UHGV virus genome: UHGV-0021788
Length of the DNA: 64,000 nt
Direction: 5' to 3' (one strand)
Source: a virus
Shown: positions 16,901-27,799 of the stretch, one piece after another
Layout: each line of letters begins with the position of its first letter
Position numbering within the stretch: the stretch's first letter is position 1
Made by a program: the position numbers and the translations under genes
The notes under the pieces: model-generated
What the model was told of the DNA's origin: nothing
The model's input: only the letters and a program-made list of their open reading frames with translations
Database searches by the model: none

Positions 16901-18502
16901 ATGTTTGATAAAGATAATAAATTTGGATTTATTAATAATAATGAATCTAATAATAATGTAGAAGGGTTGAATAAAGTTAAAACTGATATTACTAATATTA
17001 AAAGTGATGTAGATGAACTTAATACGCAATATAAAGATATTGCGACTAACAAAGCAGATAAAACTACTACTGCAAATATACAACAACAAGTAAATAATCT
17101 TGTATTAGGAGCAGTGGGGGACGGAAATAATGCTGAAGTAGTTCAAGCTAGAGGTTCTTATACTACTTTAAACGCAAGATTAGACAGTTCTGATAAAGGC
17201 AAACTTAATAAAATAGATTTTGTTGTAGATAAATACAATGATAATTATACAGCAATAGATGAATCCACTTTAAAATTTAATGTTGGTTATAATTTTAGCA
17301 CTGACGGAGAAATGAGCAAATTAACAAATCAGGATTGGTGGTGTGTGTCTGATTATATACAACTTCCAAATAAAGGATATTTAGAAGTGAAAGGATATAG
17401 TGACCGTACTACACCAACTGCAATTGTTGTATATAATTCTAGTAAAGAAATAGTTGAAAAAATAAAGACTAAAAACCCCGACGATGTCGGTAGTACTTTC
17501 CCGTGGGAAAAAGTAATTATATCAAAAGAGATTAATCCTGAATATTCATATGTACGAGTTTTAGGAAATTATTATAATGGGAGTTACCGTAGACCAGCTT
17601 ATGCAAATGAATACACTTGTCAAAATATACAAACAAATAGATATAAACCATATAGTGCAGGTACTATATTCTTTACTGTTAATGTTAATCAAGATTTTGC
17701 AGATACAACAAGTATAACTACAGCTACAAATGACAGCGAAACTATGAAACCAGTATACTGTGCTTTAAAATTGCCAACAAATTATTCTAATGAGGGTACT
17801 CCTACAAAAATAGCTGTTGTAATGCATGGAGCTGGGGGGAAAGTTACAGATAATAATGCTGGTGAAATGATGCACTTTACGGAACTTGTAAATAATGGGT
17901 ATGCAATATTTGATGTGAATGGAAGTAACAATGAATATACAGACGGAACTAGTGACCATATGGGAAGTTCAAGGACTATAAGTGCTTATCTTAAAGCATT
18001 TGAGTGGATTAAAAATAATTATAATGTAGAAGATAAGCTATATGTTCATGGACATAGTATGGGAGGTTTGACAGCTTTGAATTTTGCTGCAAAAAACCCA
18101 TATCTATGCAAAGTATTAGGTCTATATCACCCAGTTGTGGATATGTATAATCAAGCATGGTTGCATCCTTGGTTTAGTTCGACTAAACAAGCAATAGCTT
18201 CAGAATATAATTTCGATGACAAGACTGGTAACACTTATGAAAAAGATAAAGTAATAGGATACAACCCTATCGAAAATAACAGTATTTTAATAGATGGTAC
18301 TAGATATAATTACCTTCCATGTCCAATTAAAATATGGCATGGAAATGCAGATACTACTGTATCATTGAGTGGTAGCCAAGAGTATATAAAAGCACTAAAA
18401 AACAATGGTTGTGAAGCACATCTAAGAGTTGTAGACAAAGTAACACATAGTTACGTTGATAGTATGCACAAAGAATTGGTAATGTGGTTTAATAGACATT
18501 AG
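16901..18502 (+). CDS. Tail fibre/appendage protein with a C-terminal alpha/beta-hydrolase (esterase/lipase-type) domain.
   Basis: N-terminal fibre motif (VQARGSYTTLNARLD). VVMHGAGG...GHSMGG nucleophile elbow (GxSxG) and downstream D/H. Confidence 0.6.
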   Translation: MFDKDNKFGFINNNESNNNVEGLNKVKTDITNIKSDVDELNTQYKDIATNKADKTTTANIQQQVNNLVLGAVGDGNNAEVVQARGSYTTLNARLDSSDKGKLNKIDFVVDKYNDNYTAIDESTLKFNVGYNFSTDGEMSKLTNQDWWCVSDYIQLPNKGYLEVKGYSDRTTPTAIVVYNSSKEIVEKIKTKNPDDVGSTFPWEKVIISKEINPEYSYVRVLGNYYNGSYRRPAYANEYTCQNIQTNRYKPYSAGTIFFTVNVNQDFADTTSITTATNDSETMKPVYCALKLPTNYSNEGTPTKIAVVMHGAGGKVTDNNAGEMMHFTELVNNGYAIFDVNGSNNEYTDGTSDHMGSSRTISAYLKAFEWIKNNYNVEDKLYVHGHSMGGLTALNFAAKNPYLCKVLGLYHPVVDMYNQAWLHPWFSSTKQAIASEYNFDDKTGNTYEKDKVIGYNPIENNSILIDGTRYNYLPCPIKIWHGNADTTVSLSGSQEYIKALKNNGCEAHLRVVDKVTHSYVDSMHKELVMWFNRH

Positions 18503-18572
18503 ATACTTAACGAACTACACAATTTGAATCAATTGCGTAATAAAAAATTATAAAATATAAGGTGGTGATAAA

Positions 18573-20489
18573 ATGCGAATCAAAAAAATTTATTTCAATA
18601 GACTTTATAATCAATGGAAAGGTGAACCTTTATATGTAGAAGATGGTTTAAGAGATGATTGCTTATATGTTAGAATAATGGATGTTAAATATGAAGATGG
18701 TTCAACAAATGCAGTAACCGCTGATTTTAAAGATTTAAATGGTTATTCGTATTCTGTTTTAGGAGAAACAAACTATAAGAAAAGATTAGCCATATTTAAA
18801 ATACCTTTATCAATATTAAGTAATAATGGTATTTATGAAGTAGATTTTTCAATATCTTATAATTCTAAAGATACAGATAAAAATTATAAAAAAACTGCTA
18901 TTCAAACTTTTGAAATTGTAGATGCTATCGAATCAGATGATGAAGCTATCCAAAATGACCCTAAGTATCCTATATTAACTGATTTAATTAATCAATTAGC
19001 AGATTATAAAATAGATATGACTGAATATCCTAAAAAAGAAGAAGTTAACGAAATAATAGATTTAAAATTTGATGATTTTCCAATTGATAAAATAATAGAA
19101 AAAATTCGAAAAGATGGATATATAACACAAGATAAAGTAAACGACATATTAAGAGATTATGTAAAGAAATTTGATTTAGGTGACTATGCTAAAAGAACTG
19201 ATTTAAATAAATATGTTACTTACATAAATTTTAATAATACATTGGATAGATATATCTTAAAGAAAACAGTTGAAGATAATTATGTTTTAAAAGAAAATGG
19301 AAAACAATTATCTACTCATGATTTTACAGATGAATTATATAATAAATTAGTAGGTATTGATATAAATAATATTGAAGTTGATTTACATGAATATCAAAAA
19401 ATAGTAGACAATAATTTGAATACAAATAATAAAGAAATAACTAAAGCTATAAATGAAGTAAATAAGAAGATACCAACTAAAACTAGTCAATTAGAAAATG
19501 ATAGTTATTATGTTGTTAGAAATGAATTACATAATCATAATAATATAGATGTATTAAATAATATTACATCTTCTGATATAAACAATTGGAATAATAAATC
19601 TGATTTTAGTGGTCAATATAATGACCTTGAAGGATTACCAAAAATACCTTCAAAAGTATCTGAATTAACTAATGATAGCAATTATGTTAATGATAATTAT
19701 GTAACTAGAAAAATAGCTGAAGCTAGTTTAAATAAAGATATTGATTTAAGTGCTTATGCTACTAAGAATTTTGTAATTGATACTTTAGCATCAGATGTTA
19801 AAAACTTGACATTAGTTAATTCAAGTGCTAAAGTTAGTCAAAATATTATAGATTATTTAAATGAAATTGTTAAATGTTTTTTAACCAATAATACAATTAA
19901 AAATAATAAGATAAAATACTATTATATATTAAGAGGTAAGATAAATCCATTAGACGATGAATTTCAATTAAGTGTTAATGATGAATTTTATACTAATGTT
20001 TCTTATATTTCTATGTTAAATATAGAATGTAAAGTATTAACAACATTTCTATTTGCTAATGAAGGAATGATGAGATTAGAAACACCAGTTGAAACAGTTG
20101 TTAGTGGTGATGGAACTTATATAAATTTATCTGTCACTGAATTAGGTAGTGTTTATCTTAACAATAGCAATAACAATGTTAATGATGTTAGTGTAGATGA
20201 TATTATACAAACAATTATAAGTGATGATAAGAATAACTTATCTGAATTTAAAACATATTCAAATTCTATGATTGAAAATAGATTATTAGAGGTTAATGCT
20301 GATATAACTGAAGTTTCAGATAATCTAAGTGGAGTTGGAAATAGAGTAAACTACTTGGAACAAAGAGAAACTTATTTAACTGAATCTTTAAATAATATTA
20401 AAAATTTACCTCAATTATCTTTTAATGAAAATGGAGAATTAGTTGTAATTATTAATGGAGTTAGTAAAACATTTGTACCTAAAGGATAG
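18573..20489 (+). CDS. Tail fibre-like protein (long coiled/beta-rich, Asn-rich).
   Basis: RBS AAGGTGGTGA. Composition and position in the structural module. Confidence 0.45.
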   Translation: MRIKKIYFNRLYNQWKGEPLYVEDGLRDDCLYVRIMDVKYEDGSTNAVTADFKDLNGYSYSVLGETNYKKRLAIFKIPLSILSNNGIYEVDFSISYNSKDTDKNYKKTAIQTFEIVDAIESDDEAIQNDPKYPILTDLINQLADYKIDMTEYPKKEEVNEIIDLKFDDFPIDKIIEKIRKDGYITQDKVNDILRDYVKKFDLGDYAKRTDLNKYVTYINFNNTLDRYILKKTVEDNYVLKENGKQLSTHDFTDELYNKLVGIDINNIEVDLHEYQKIVDNNLNTNNKEITKAINEVNKKIPTKTSQLENDSYYVVRNELHNHNNIDVLNNITSSDINNWNNKSDFSGQYNDLEGLPKIPSKVSELTNDSNYVNDNYVTRKIAEASLNKDIDLSAYATKNFVIDTLASDVKNLTLVNSSAKVSQNIIDYLNEIVKCFLTNNTIKNNKIKYYYILRGKINPLDDEFQLSVNDEFYTNVSYISMLNIECKVLTTFLFANEGMMRLETPVETVVSGDGTYINLSVTELGSVYLNNSNNNVNDVSVDDIIQTIISDDKNNLSEFKTYSNSMIENRLLEVNADITEVSDNLSGVGNRVNYLEQRETYLTESLNNIKNLPQLSFNENGELVVIINGVSKTFVPKG

Positions 20490-20591
20490 TCTAAAAGTCT
20501 TATTAAATAAGTGAAGAAATATAATATAAAATAAAAATAATTAGCATATAATAAATCTTTGAACATATTATATATCAAGGGGTGATGATAT

Positions 20592-21944
20592 ATGAAGTTT
20601 AAAGATTTAAATAAAATAAAAAATGGTATTGTGAAAATTGGAACTACAATAATATTGATATTTTCAATAAGTTTAAATTCTATTTTTATAAGTTTTGGAA
20701 ATATTAATTATTCTAATGATACACAAATATTGAATGAGGTGAATGAAGAAGTGAAAACTCAAAATGGTTTTACATTGTTAGAAAATGCCAAAGAAGTAAA
20801 AGATTGGTTAGCAAAACAAAAAGTAACTAGAAAAATTACTAAATTACAAGTACATCATATGGATTTACCAAGTTATAGCACATGGGAAAAAACTGATAAG
20901 AAGTTATTTGATGAACCACATTTTGGGAGAACACAATCTTTAAACAGTTACGGAAAATCTACATGGGGTAGTGGAGCTAGCGACGGACATGGTCATTATA
21001 TTGCACAACACTTCAATGTTTTTCCTGATGGTAAGATAACAACTGGTAGAAACCTTAATAGTACTCCAATAGGAATTAGAGGATGGAATACAAATGCTAT
21101 CTGCATAGAAATATATGGTTGCTTTGATAAAGGAAAAGATACAATGACTAAAGAACAAAAGAAAGCAGTTGTTTATCTTTATGGTGAATTATGTAAGAGA
21201 TTTGATATTCCAGTTAATACCACTCACATAAGACCGCATTGTTGGTTTACAGCAGGAGGAACTTATCTAGGTAAGTATAATCCTTCAAGAAGTGCTAAAA
21301 CTTGCCCAGGTACTGCATTTTGGGGATATGGATGTAGTGCTGATGGTTTCGCTCACTTTATAAAGGATGTAAAGAATTATGTGGATGGTAAAAAAGAAGA
21401 ACCTAAAGTAGTAGATAGAAGTGGAGAAAAAGATGTACCTAATTACACAGTTCAAGTAATAACTGATACATTAAATGTTAGATATGGTGCTAGTACATCA
21501 TATGATAAAATATCAACACTTAAAAAAGGTGACAAGGTTGTAATTACCCATGAAAAAGATGAATGGGGATTAATACAAGGTGCTAAAGGTTGGATATCTT
21601 TAAATGATAAATATGTGAAAAAAGTTGAAATTAAAAAAGAAGATGAAGTAAAAAAAGATACAGATACAAAAAAAAATGAATCACAAGAAAGTGAAACAAC
21701 TTTTTATAGAGTTGTAACAGGTTCTTATTCAGATAGAGATAATGCTATAGTAGAACAAGATAAATTAAAGAAATTAGGATATGATGCATTTTTAATTACT
21801 GCTAAAGTTAATAAAAAAATAATATTTAGAGTAGTAGCTGAATCTTTTAAAGATAAAAAAGATGCTGAAAATTTAATAGCACAATTGAAGAAAAAAGGTT
21901 ACGACCCTTTTATAGTTATATATGTAAAAAATAATACAAATTAA
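20592..21944 (+). CDS. Endolysin: N-terminal signal-anchor, N-acetylmuramoyl-L-alanine amidase (Amidase_2/PGRP), SH3b and two C-terminal SPOR domains.
   Basis: Hydrophobic segment IVKIGTTIILIFSISLNSIFISF. Amidase_2 motifs (HHMD...AQHFNV..DG...IGIE.YG...TCPG). SH3b (YTVQVITDTLNVRYG..GWISL). 2x SPOR (FYRVVTGSY..; IFRVVAESF..). Confidence 0.7.
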   Translation: MKFKDLNKIKNGIVKIGTTIILIFSISLNSIFISFGNINYSNDTQILNEVNEEVKTQNGFTLLENAKEVKDWLAKQKVTRKITKLQVHHMDLPSYSTWEKTDKKLFDEPHFGRTQSLNSYGKSTWGSGASDGHGHYIAQHFNVFPDGKITTGRNLNSTPIGIRGWNTNAICIEIYGCFDKGKDTMTKEQKKAVVYLYGELCKRFDIPVNTTHIRPHCWFTAGGTYLGKYNPSRSAKTCPGTAFWGYGCSADGFAHFIKDVKNYVDGKKEEPKVVDRSGEKDVPNYTVQVITDTLNVRYGASTSYDKISTLKKGDKVVITHEKDEWGLIQGAKGWISLNDKYVKKVEIKKEDEVKKDTDTKKNESQESETTFYRVVTGSYSDRDNAIVEQDKLKKLGYDAFLITAKVNKKIIFRVVAESFKDKKDAENLIAQLKKKGYDPFIVIYVKNNTN

Positions 21945-21958
21945 GGAGAAGATAAGAT

Positions 21959-22237
21959 ATGATAGATTTAAATATTTTAACAAATTATGTAGTTTTACTA
22001 GTGGTAGGAATTTGCGTTTGTATAGGATATATACTTAAAAATAGCTGTCCTAAATTAGATAATAAATATATACCACTTATAATGGGATTATTAGGATTAG
22101 TGCTTAATATTTGGTTAAGTAATTGGCAAATTAGTGGTGAAATAGTATTAGGTGGATTATTTAGTGGATTAGCCAGTACCGGATTACACCAAGCATTCAA
22201 AAATCTAATAAATGGAAACAAAAAAGAAGATGAATAA
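21959..22237 (+). CDS. Holin (small 2-3 TM protein with a charged C-terminus).
   Basis: 92 aa, TM segments, KKEDE tail. Immediately downstream of the endolysin. Confidence 0.6.
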   Translation: MIDLNILTNYVVLLVVGICVCIGYILKNSCPKLDNKYIPLIMGLLGLVLNIWLSNWQISGEIVLGGLFSGLASTGLHQAFKNLINGNKKEDE

Positions 22238-22242
22238 TACTA

Positions 22243-22280
22243 AAGGCTAGAGAAAATAATCTCTAGCCTTTAGTTTTTTA
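22243..22280. terminator. Bidirectional rho-independent terminator between the convergent modules.
   Basis: 12-bp stem AAAGGCTAGAGA/TCTCTAGCCTTT with T-runs on both sides. Confidence 0.75.
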
Positions 22281-22296
22281 TAATATTTTTAATTTT

Positions 22297-22536
22297 TTAT
22301 TTAAAACTCAATACAATATCATGTGCTTTTATGATTTGATTATATTTATATTCATCTCTAATTTCATTAATACTATCATATATTCTTACATTATCAGTTG
22401 TTTCAGTTAAATCTATAGTAATAGCTTTTTGTTTAATATCGTCCCAACCTATTAATAAATAGCTATTTCCATCTATAATTATATCTCCATCAGTAGCCGA
22501 ACTTCCTTTAGGGTAGTTTTTCTTTTTAATTTCCAT
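22297..22536 (-). CDS. Hypothetical protein.
   Basis: ORF with RBS. Confidence 0.4.
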   Translation of the reverse strand: MEIKKKNYPKGSSATDGDIIIDGNSYLLIGWDDIKQKAITIDLTETTDNVRIYDSINEIRDEYKYNQIIKAHDIVLSFK

Positions 22537-22568
22537 ATATCATCTCTCCTTTATTTTTTTATAATATT

Positions 22569-23315
22569 TTATTTATCTTTATCAATTCTAGGATATGGAT
22601 TTTTACAACTCATGTCGCCCTCATTACATTTACCTCTTACACAATCTGCACCAGCATATTTAAATAAGGTAGGTGCTACTTCTCTACATAGTCTTAACAT
22701 TTCATTAGCTAATTCACATATAGGTTCTTGTGCCCTATGACAACATCTTTTATTAAAGAAATGTAATAATTCTCTTACATTCATAGTCATTACTATTTTA
22801 GTTTCACAAGCATTAGGTAACATACCTCTTGCATTTTCATTTGCTACTTTTTCTGCATTCATACCATTAGTTGGATAATCATTTGTTTCTACATATTCTT
22901 TTATTATTTTTTGCCATTTAATATATTTGTCTAATATTTCCATCATATCTTCATGCCATTCATCTGTCATATTCATTTCTTTTACTACATTAGGAGTAGT
23001 GTGTTTAAATGTTTCATCAAGATTAACATATCTTTGAGATTGTTGACTATATGAAGCTACCCTGTGACGGACAATTTGATGTGAAATTGTTCTATCAATT
23101 CCTTCAATAGCAAATGTAAACGAAACATGTTCTAATGGACTATCGTGACCTATTTCAACTAGATGTGTTAAAAATTTTTCTATTTTTTCAGGAGTAAGTT
23201 TCTCCATTATTTCGTCTACACCAACTTTACTATAGCATAATTTTGCAGATTGAGCAATTACTTCCTCCGGATTTGGTGTATGTGCTAATATTTTTACTTT
23301 TAATAAATCATTCAT
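22569..23315 (-). CDS. thyX: Flavin-dependent thymidylate synthase ThyX.
   Basis: ThyX signature RHRVASYSQQSQR (RHRX7-8S). Length 248 aa. Confidence 0.85.
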   Translation of the reverse strand: MNDLLKVKILAHTPNPEEVIAQSAKLCYSKVGVDEIMEKLTPEKIEKFLTHLVEIGHDSPLEHVSFTFAIEGIDRTISHQIVRHRVASYSQQSQRYVNLDETFKHTTPNVVKEMNMTDEWHEDMMEILDKYIKWQKIIKEYVETNDYPTNGMNAEKVANENARGMLPNACETKIVMTMNVRELLHFFNKRCCHRAQEPICELANEMLRLCREVAPTLFKYAGADCVRGKCNEGDMSCKNPYPRIDKDK

Positions 23316-23498
23316 AATATCTCTCTCCTTTTTATATTATTATTATCTATTTTCTTTTTCTTCTATTTCTTTTTGCATTTCTTTTCTTACTGCTTCTTTG
23401 TACATTGTTTAATAATATTTGAAAAGAATATCTAGCTCTATCTATTCCTTGTAATTCATTTACCATATTTACCAACTCCTTAATAATCATTTACTTAT

Positions 23499-23527
23499 AT
23501 TATACTATTATTCTTGTTAAAAGTAAA
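23499..23527 (-). promoter_or_regulatory. Family promoter (-10 rc at 23499-23504, -35 TTTACT) upstream of thyX.
   Basis: The rc reads TTTACT, 17 nt, TATAATATAAGTAA. Confidence 0.6.
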
Positions 23528-23533
23528 GTATTT

Positions 23534-23851
23534 TTATATTAACATTGCAAATCTTGATATTTCAAAACCATTTAAGTAATATGTGAATTCATATATTTTT
23601 AATTCATCCATTCTTTTTTCTTCTTTAGTATGCATACTTAATGGATATATGGTTAAACTTTGCATTTTTTCTTTTAACTCATTAGCAAAATGAAACAATT
23701 CTTCTTTCTTCCATTCTGTAAATTTATTAGTATCATAACATATTAATTCACATCTTGATTCAAATCTTAATATTCTTTCATTAAAATATTTTATCTCAAT
23801 ATCTACAAAATTCATTAACTTATTTCTATCATTATTATATTCGTCTCCCAT
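23534..23851 (-). CDS. Hypothetical protein.
   Basis: ORF 105 aa. Confidence 0.4.
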   Translation of the reverse strand: MGDEYNNDRNKLMNFVDIEIKYFNERILRFESRCELICYDTNKFTEWKKEELFHFANELKEKMQSLTIYPLSMHTKEEKRMDELKIYEFTYYLNGFEISRFAMLI

Positions 23852-23863
23852 TAATACCCTCCT

Positions 23864-24310
23864 TTATATTTCATCATATTTAAGACAATTAATACCTCTT
23901 AAAGATGCTAATTTCTTACTTAATGGTGCATCATAATCTTCTAAATATATTATTGTATTTATACCACTGTTAATAATTGCTTTCATACAATTAACGCATG
24001 GAAAAGTTGTTACATAAAGAGTAGCACTTTCACAAGATACTCCTACTCTAGCACATTGTAAAATTGCATTCATTTCTGCATGAACAGCAAAACAAGTATC
24101 TAAATTTTCTCCACTTTTACTTTCTTTTCTTATACAATAACCTTTATCATAACAAGTTTCTATACCTTGTGGTGAACCATTGTATCCTGTTGCTAATATT
24201 CTTTTATCTTTTACTATTACTGCTCCTACTTGTCTTGATAAACAACTAGAACGTTTGGCTATATCTAAACATACTGTCATAAAATATTCTTCCCATGTTA
24301 ATCTTCGCAT
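23864..24310 (-). CDS. dCMP deaminase (zinc-dependent cytidine/deoxycytidylate deaminase family).
   Basis: HAEMNAI and PCVNCMKAI zinc-ligand motifs. Confidence 0.8.
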   Translation of the reverse strand: MRRLTWEEYFMTVCLDIAKRSSCLSRQVGAVIVKDKRILATGYNGSPQGIETCYDKGYCIRKESKSGENLDTCFAVHAEMNAILQCARVGVSCESATLYVTTFPCVNCMKAIINSGINTIIYLEDYDAPLSKKLASLRGINCLKYDEI

Positions 24311-24331
24311 TTAATCATCTCCTTTATTTAT

Positions 24332-24360
24332 ATTATACTATTAATATTATAAAAAGTAAA
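24332..24360 (-). promoter_or_regulatory. Family promoter upstream of the dCMP deaminase gene.
   Basis: The rc reads TTTACT, 17 nt, TATAATATAAATAAAGG. Confidence 0.6.
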
Positions 24361-24395
24361 TAAAATCCTAAGAAAAAATTCTTAGGATTTTTTAA

Positions 24396-25574
24396 TTATT
24401 TCAATTCTTTATGATTTAAGATTATATTTAATATAACTCCAACTATAGCAGATAATGCTAAAGAAGATAATGACACAATTCCTAATGTTAATGTAAATCC
24501 ACCTAATCCTATAATTAGCATAATTATTATAATAATTATATTTTTTATAGATTTATATGATTTATTATCTTTTAATGATTTCATACCAACCCAAGCTATC
24601 ATAAAATAAAGTTGTAAACTAATTGCTCCAACAACAAAACTAGGGATTGATTGTAATGTTCCACTAAAATAACCACATAAAGATAAAATTATAGCTAATA
24701 TTCCAGCCCTTCTAGTTAACTTACTATCATATTGTTTTGTTAAAGCTAATACTGAAGTTGATTCTCCATAAGTAGTATTTCCTACGCTTCCAAATAATCC
24801 TCCTAATGCAGTAGCTAAACCATCTGCAATTAATGTTCTGTGCAAACCAGGATTTTCTATGAAATTTTTATTAGTAACAACACCCAATGTAGTTATGTCT
24901 CCTATATGCTCTAAACAAGTTACTAATGCAACTGGAGCAACAATCATAATTGCAGTTAAATCGAATTTGGGTAATACTATACTAGGTAACATTATGCTTT
25001 GTGATTGTGTTACAATAGAAAAATCAACTAAACCACATAAAATAGATATTGCATATCCAACTAATAATGCTATCATTATTCCCAATTGTTTTAATAATCC
25101 TTTTCCAAATAATAAAATTAATAATGATATACTTAAAGATATTATAGCTATTAATATATTTCCTTGTATATTCGTTATAGCACTAGGAACTAAAGATAAT
25201 CCAATTATTATTATCATTGTTCCTGTTATATGAGGTGGTAATATTTTATTAATTTTGTTTACGCCTATTTTATAAATCAATAACGCAAATACAATATATA
25301 TTAATCCTACTATTATAAATCCACCACAACTATATTCATAACCATATTGTGAAACAATAATAGACATAGGTGTTATAAAGGCAAAACTAGAACCTAAAAA
25401 TGCTGGAACTTTATTTTTTGTAATAAAACCAAATAACAAAGTACCAATTCCAGCAGTGAATAACGCAGTAGATGGAGGAAATCCAACTAATAATGGCACG
25501 AGCGTAGTTGCTCCTACGCAAGCCAATAATATTTGTAAACTTAATAACCATTCTTTTACATTTTGTTTTTTCAT
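24396..25574 (-). CDS. Uracil permease (NCS2/UraA-PyrP family), ~11 TM.
   Basis: VGATTLVPLLVG.., LGSSFAFITP motifs typical of PyrP/UraA. Strongly hydrophobic. Confidence 0.7.
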   Translation of the reverse strand: MKKQNVKEWLLSLQILLACVGATTLVPLLVGFPPSTALFTAGIGTLLFGFITKNKVPAFLGSSFAFITPMSIIVSQYGYEYSCGGFIIVGLIYIVFALLIYKIGVNKINKILPPHITGTMIIIIGLSLVPSAITNIQGNILIAIISLSISLLILLFGKGLLKQLGIMIALLVGYAISILCGLVDFSIVTQSQSIMLPSIVLPKFDLTAIMIVAPVALVTCLEHIGDITTLGVVTNKNFIENPGLHRTLIADGLATALGGLFGSVGNTTYGESTSVLALTKQYDSKLTRRAGILAIILSLCGYFSGTLQSIPSFVVGAISLQLYFMIAWVGMKSLKDNKSYKSIKNIIIIIIMLIIGLGGFTLTLGIVSLSSLALSAIVGVILNIILNHKELK

Positions 25575-25620
25575 TATATCAAATCCTTTCTCTATCTCTC
25601 GTGGATAGAATTAAAATTAT

Positions 25621-26328
25621 TTAATCATTTATTTCTACTTCATAATCATACATAGCATCATATAACTTTTTAGATATGTATGGTTTATATTCATTAGCTA
25701 TTTGTTTAATATATTTTTCTTTTTCTATTTTATATACATTAAATGCTTCTTCTACTGTAGAATAACATCCTAAATATCTTTTTCTACTATCATTAAACTC
25801 ACATTGTGATATATATTTTCCATTTTTATGTTTATATACGCCTATAGGATATTTTCCTCTTTTAATATCTGTCTTTGTAAATATTTTATTTATTCTTTGA
25901 GGTACAAAAACACAAGTTTTAGGAGAGTATATTTTATTTCCTTTTATTAATATATCTTTATCTAAACACATAGTTTCTTTTTCAATCTCATAGTAATTTT
26001 CTTCAAACCATTTAGCAAAGTTTTGGAAATTATGCCATTCTTCACAAACATAACAATCTTCATACGTATTATATTTTTCTTTCCATAATTTACTATATCC
26101 TCTTTCCAACATTCTCATCCATTCATGGTAACATTTTGTTTCCTTATTGTTTTCTCTAAATTTATATTTACCTTCACCTAAATATCCAATATCTCTAAAC
26201 CTTTTTTCATAAGGGCATATGATACTACCATTTTTAAAATGCTCATATCTACTATGTTTAAAAGTCCAATTATATTCCTCAAAATAAACATCTATATCCT
26301 TAGCATTTCTATATTCAATTATTTTCAT
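25621..26328 (-). CDS. Homing-endonuclease-like protein. The N-terminal module is shared with HEG family B and the C-terminus is an AP2-like DNA-binding domain.
   Basis: N-terminus IIEYRNAKDIDVYFEEY resembles IITYRCYEDIDVQFEDNT. C-terminus GKYISQCEFNDSRKRYLGCYSTVEEAFNVY is AP2-like. Confidence 0.4.
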   Translation of the reverse strand: MKIIEYRNAKDIDVYFEEYNWTFKHSRYEHFKNGSIICPYEKRFRDIGYLGEGKYKFRENNKETKCYHEWMRMLERGYSKLWKEKYNTYEDCYVCEEWHNFQNFAKWFEENYYEIEKETMCLDKDILIKGNKIYSPKTCVFVPQRINKIFTKTDIKRGKYPIGVYKHKNGKYISQCEFNDSRKRYLGCYSTVEEAFNVYKIEKEKYIKQIANEYKPYISKKLYDAMYDYEVEIND

Positions 26329-26365
26329 TTTGCTACCAAAATTATTATAATTAATTTCTCCAATT

Positions 26366-27799
26366 CTATCTTCTTTTCTTATTTTTATTCACCTCTTCCA
26401 ATAATGATGTTGCACATAAAATCCCCATACTGCATGCAGTTGTTAAACCACGCCCCATTCCACTACAGTCGCCTATAAAATATACATTTTTATTTGAACT
26501 CTTGCCATATTTATCAATTAACACTTTGTTAGAACATAGTTTCACTTCTAATCCATATAATAATGTTTTATCACCATTTATTCCTGGTACTATCTTATCT
26601 AATTCTTCTATAAATTCAAGTATACTTTGCAATGTTCTATATGGCATAGCACTTGTCAAATCTCCTGCATATGCTTTAGCAGTTGGTGTCACATCTAATT
26701 CTTTTAATCTTTCATCTGTACTTCTTCTTTTAAGTTTTATATCTTTTAAAGATTGTATTATAACAGAACCATTACCTAAAGAATTAACTGCTAAAGTTAA
26801 AGGATACACATAATTACTTAATGGGTCTTCCATATCTTCATTAAAATGTCTACTAACTAATATTGCAAAATTTGTATTATCAGATTTTTTATTTCTAAAG
26901 CTATGACCATTAGCACAAAATAATTTTTTATCACCATATGGATAACTTTCTATTGTAACAAATCCACCTGGGTTAACACAAAAAGTTCTACAACTATCAC
27001 CAAAAGAACTAGTAAAATATGTTTTAAGTTCATAAAAATTTCTATTTAACTTATCCATTATATCATTAGTTGTTTCTACTCTAACACCAATTTGAACTTC
27101 ACCATTTTTATATTCAATGTTATTGTTATCACATATAGTTTTTACTAATTTATTACCACTTCTACCCATAGCAACAATTATTTTATCACAACTTAAGTGT
27201 TTAATATTTCGACCCTTTTTATACCATATTTCATTAGATACATCATTTGCTATTATATCAATAACTTCACAATCAGGTATAATATTAACATTGTTATCTT
27301 TTAAAAAGTCTAGCATTCTTTTATATATGATTCTTGAGTTTTCGCTTCCAAGATGAATAGTAATGCATTCTCCTATGTCTAATCTAGGATTATCTTTAAT
27401 TATATCCATTATTTCTTTTGCTTCTTCAGTATGTTTTTTTCCATATGCTTTAGATTTAAATTCTTCTATTCCAAATTGTTGATATATTTCATATGTTTTT
27501 TTAAGATATTTAGTTATCTCTTCTTCAGTCATTAATTCAGCCATATCCCCACCTACTCTACCAGTAGTATCAAAGTTAAGTTTACTATCTGAAAAAGAAC
27601 CAGCTCCACCACAACCATGTGTTATAGAACATACCTTACATTTCTTACAAGATGTATCAGCAGTTACAAAACATTTTCTTTTATCTATTGTCTTACCTTT
27701 TTCTAACATTGTTATATCAGCACCATCAAATCCATTATTAATTAATTCTATTGCCGTAAATATTCCTGATGCACCTGTTCCAATAATTCCTATATTCAA
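26366..27799 (-). CDS. FAD-dependent oxidoreductase of unknown function (COG2509-like) with a Cys-rich insert. TTG start.
   Basis: Rossmann GIIGTGASG...E. C-terminal GDCSGMGRG. Cys cluster CKKCKVCSITHGCGG. Confidence 0.55.
   Translation of the reverse strand: MNIGIIGTGASGIFTAIELINNGFDGADITMLEKGKTIDKRKCFVTADTSCKKCKVCSITHGCGGAGSFSDSKLNFDTTGRVGGDMAELMTEEEITKYLKKTYEIYQQFGIEEFKSKAYGKKHTEEAKEIMDIIKDNPRLDIGECITIHLGSENSRIIYKRMLDFLKDNNVNIIPDCEVIDIIANDVSNEIWYKKGRNIKHLSCDKIIVAMGRSGNKLVKTICDNNNIEYKNGEVQIGVRVETTNDIMDKLNRNFYELKTYFTSSFGDSCRTFCVNPGGFVTIESYPYGDKKLFCANGHSFRNKKSDNTNFAILVSRHFNEDMEDPLSNYVYPLTLAVNSLGNGSVIIQSLKDIKLKRRSTDERLKELDVTPTAKAYAGDLTSAMPYRTLQSILEFIEELDKIVPGINGDKTLLYGLEVKLCSNKVLIDKYGKSSNKNVYFIGDCSGMGRGLTTACSMGILCATSLLEEVNKNKKRR

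Noticed and set aside
16254-17089. Three - strand ORFs (16254..16451, 16786..17052, 16805..17089).
   Set aside because: They are antisense to the S8 protease and fibre genes. Low-complexity translations.
24064-27356. + strand ORFs 24064..24249, 24859..25233, 26239..26478, 26502..26813, 27117..27356.
   Set aside because: They are antisense to well-supported - strand genes (dCMP deaminase, permease, FAD protein). Low-complexity products.
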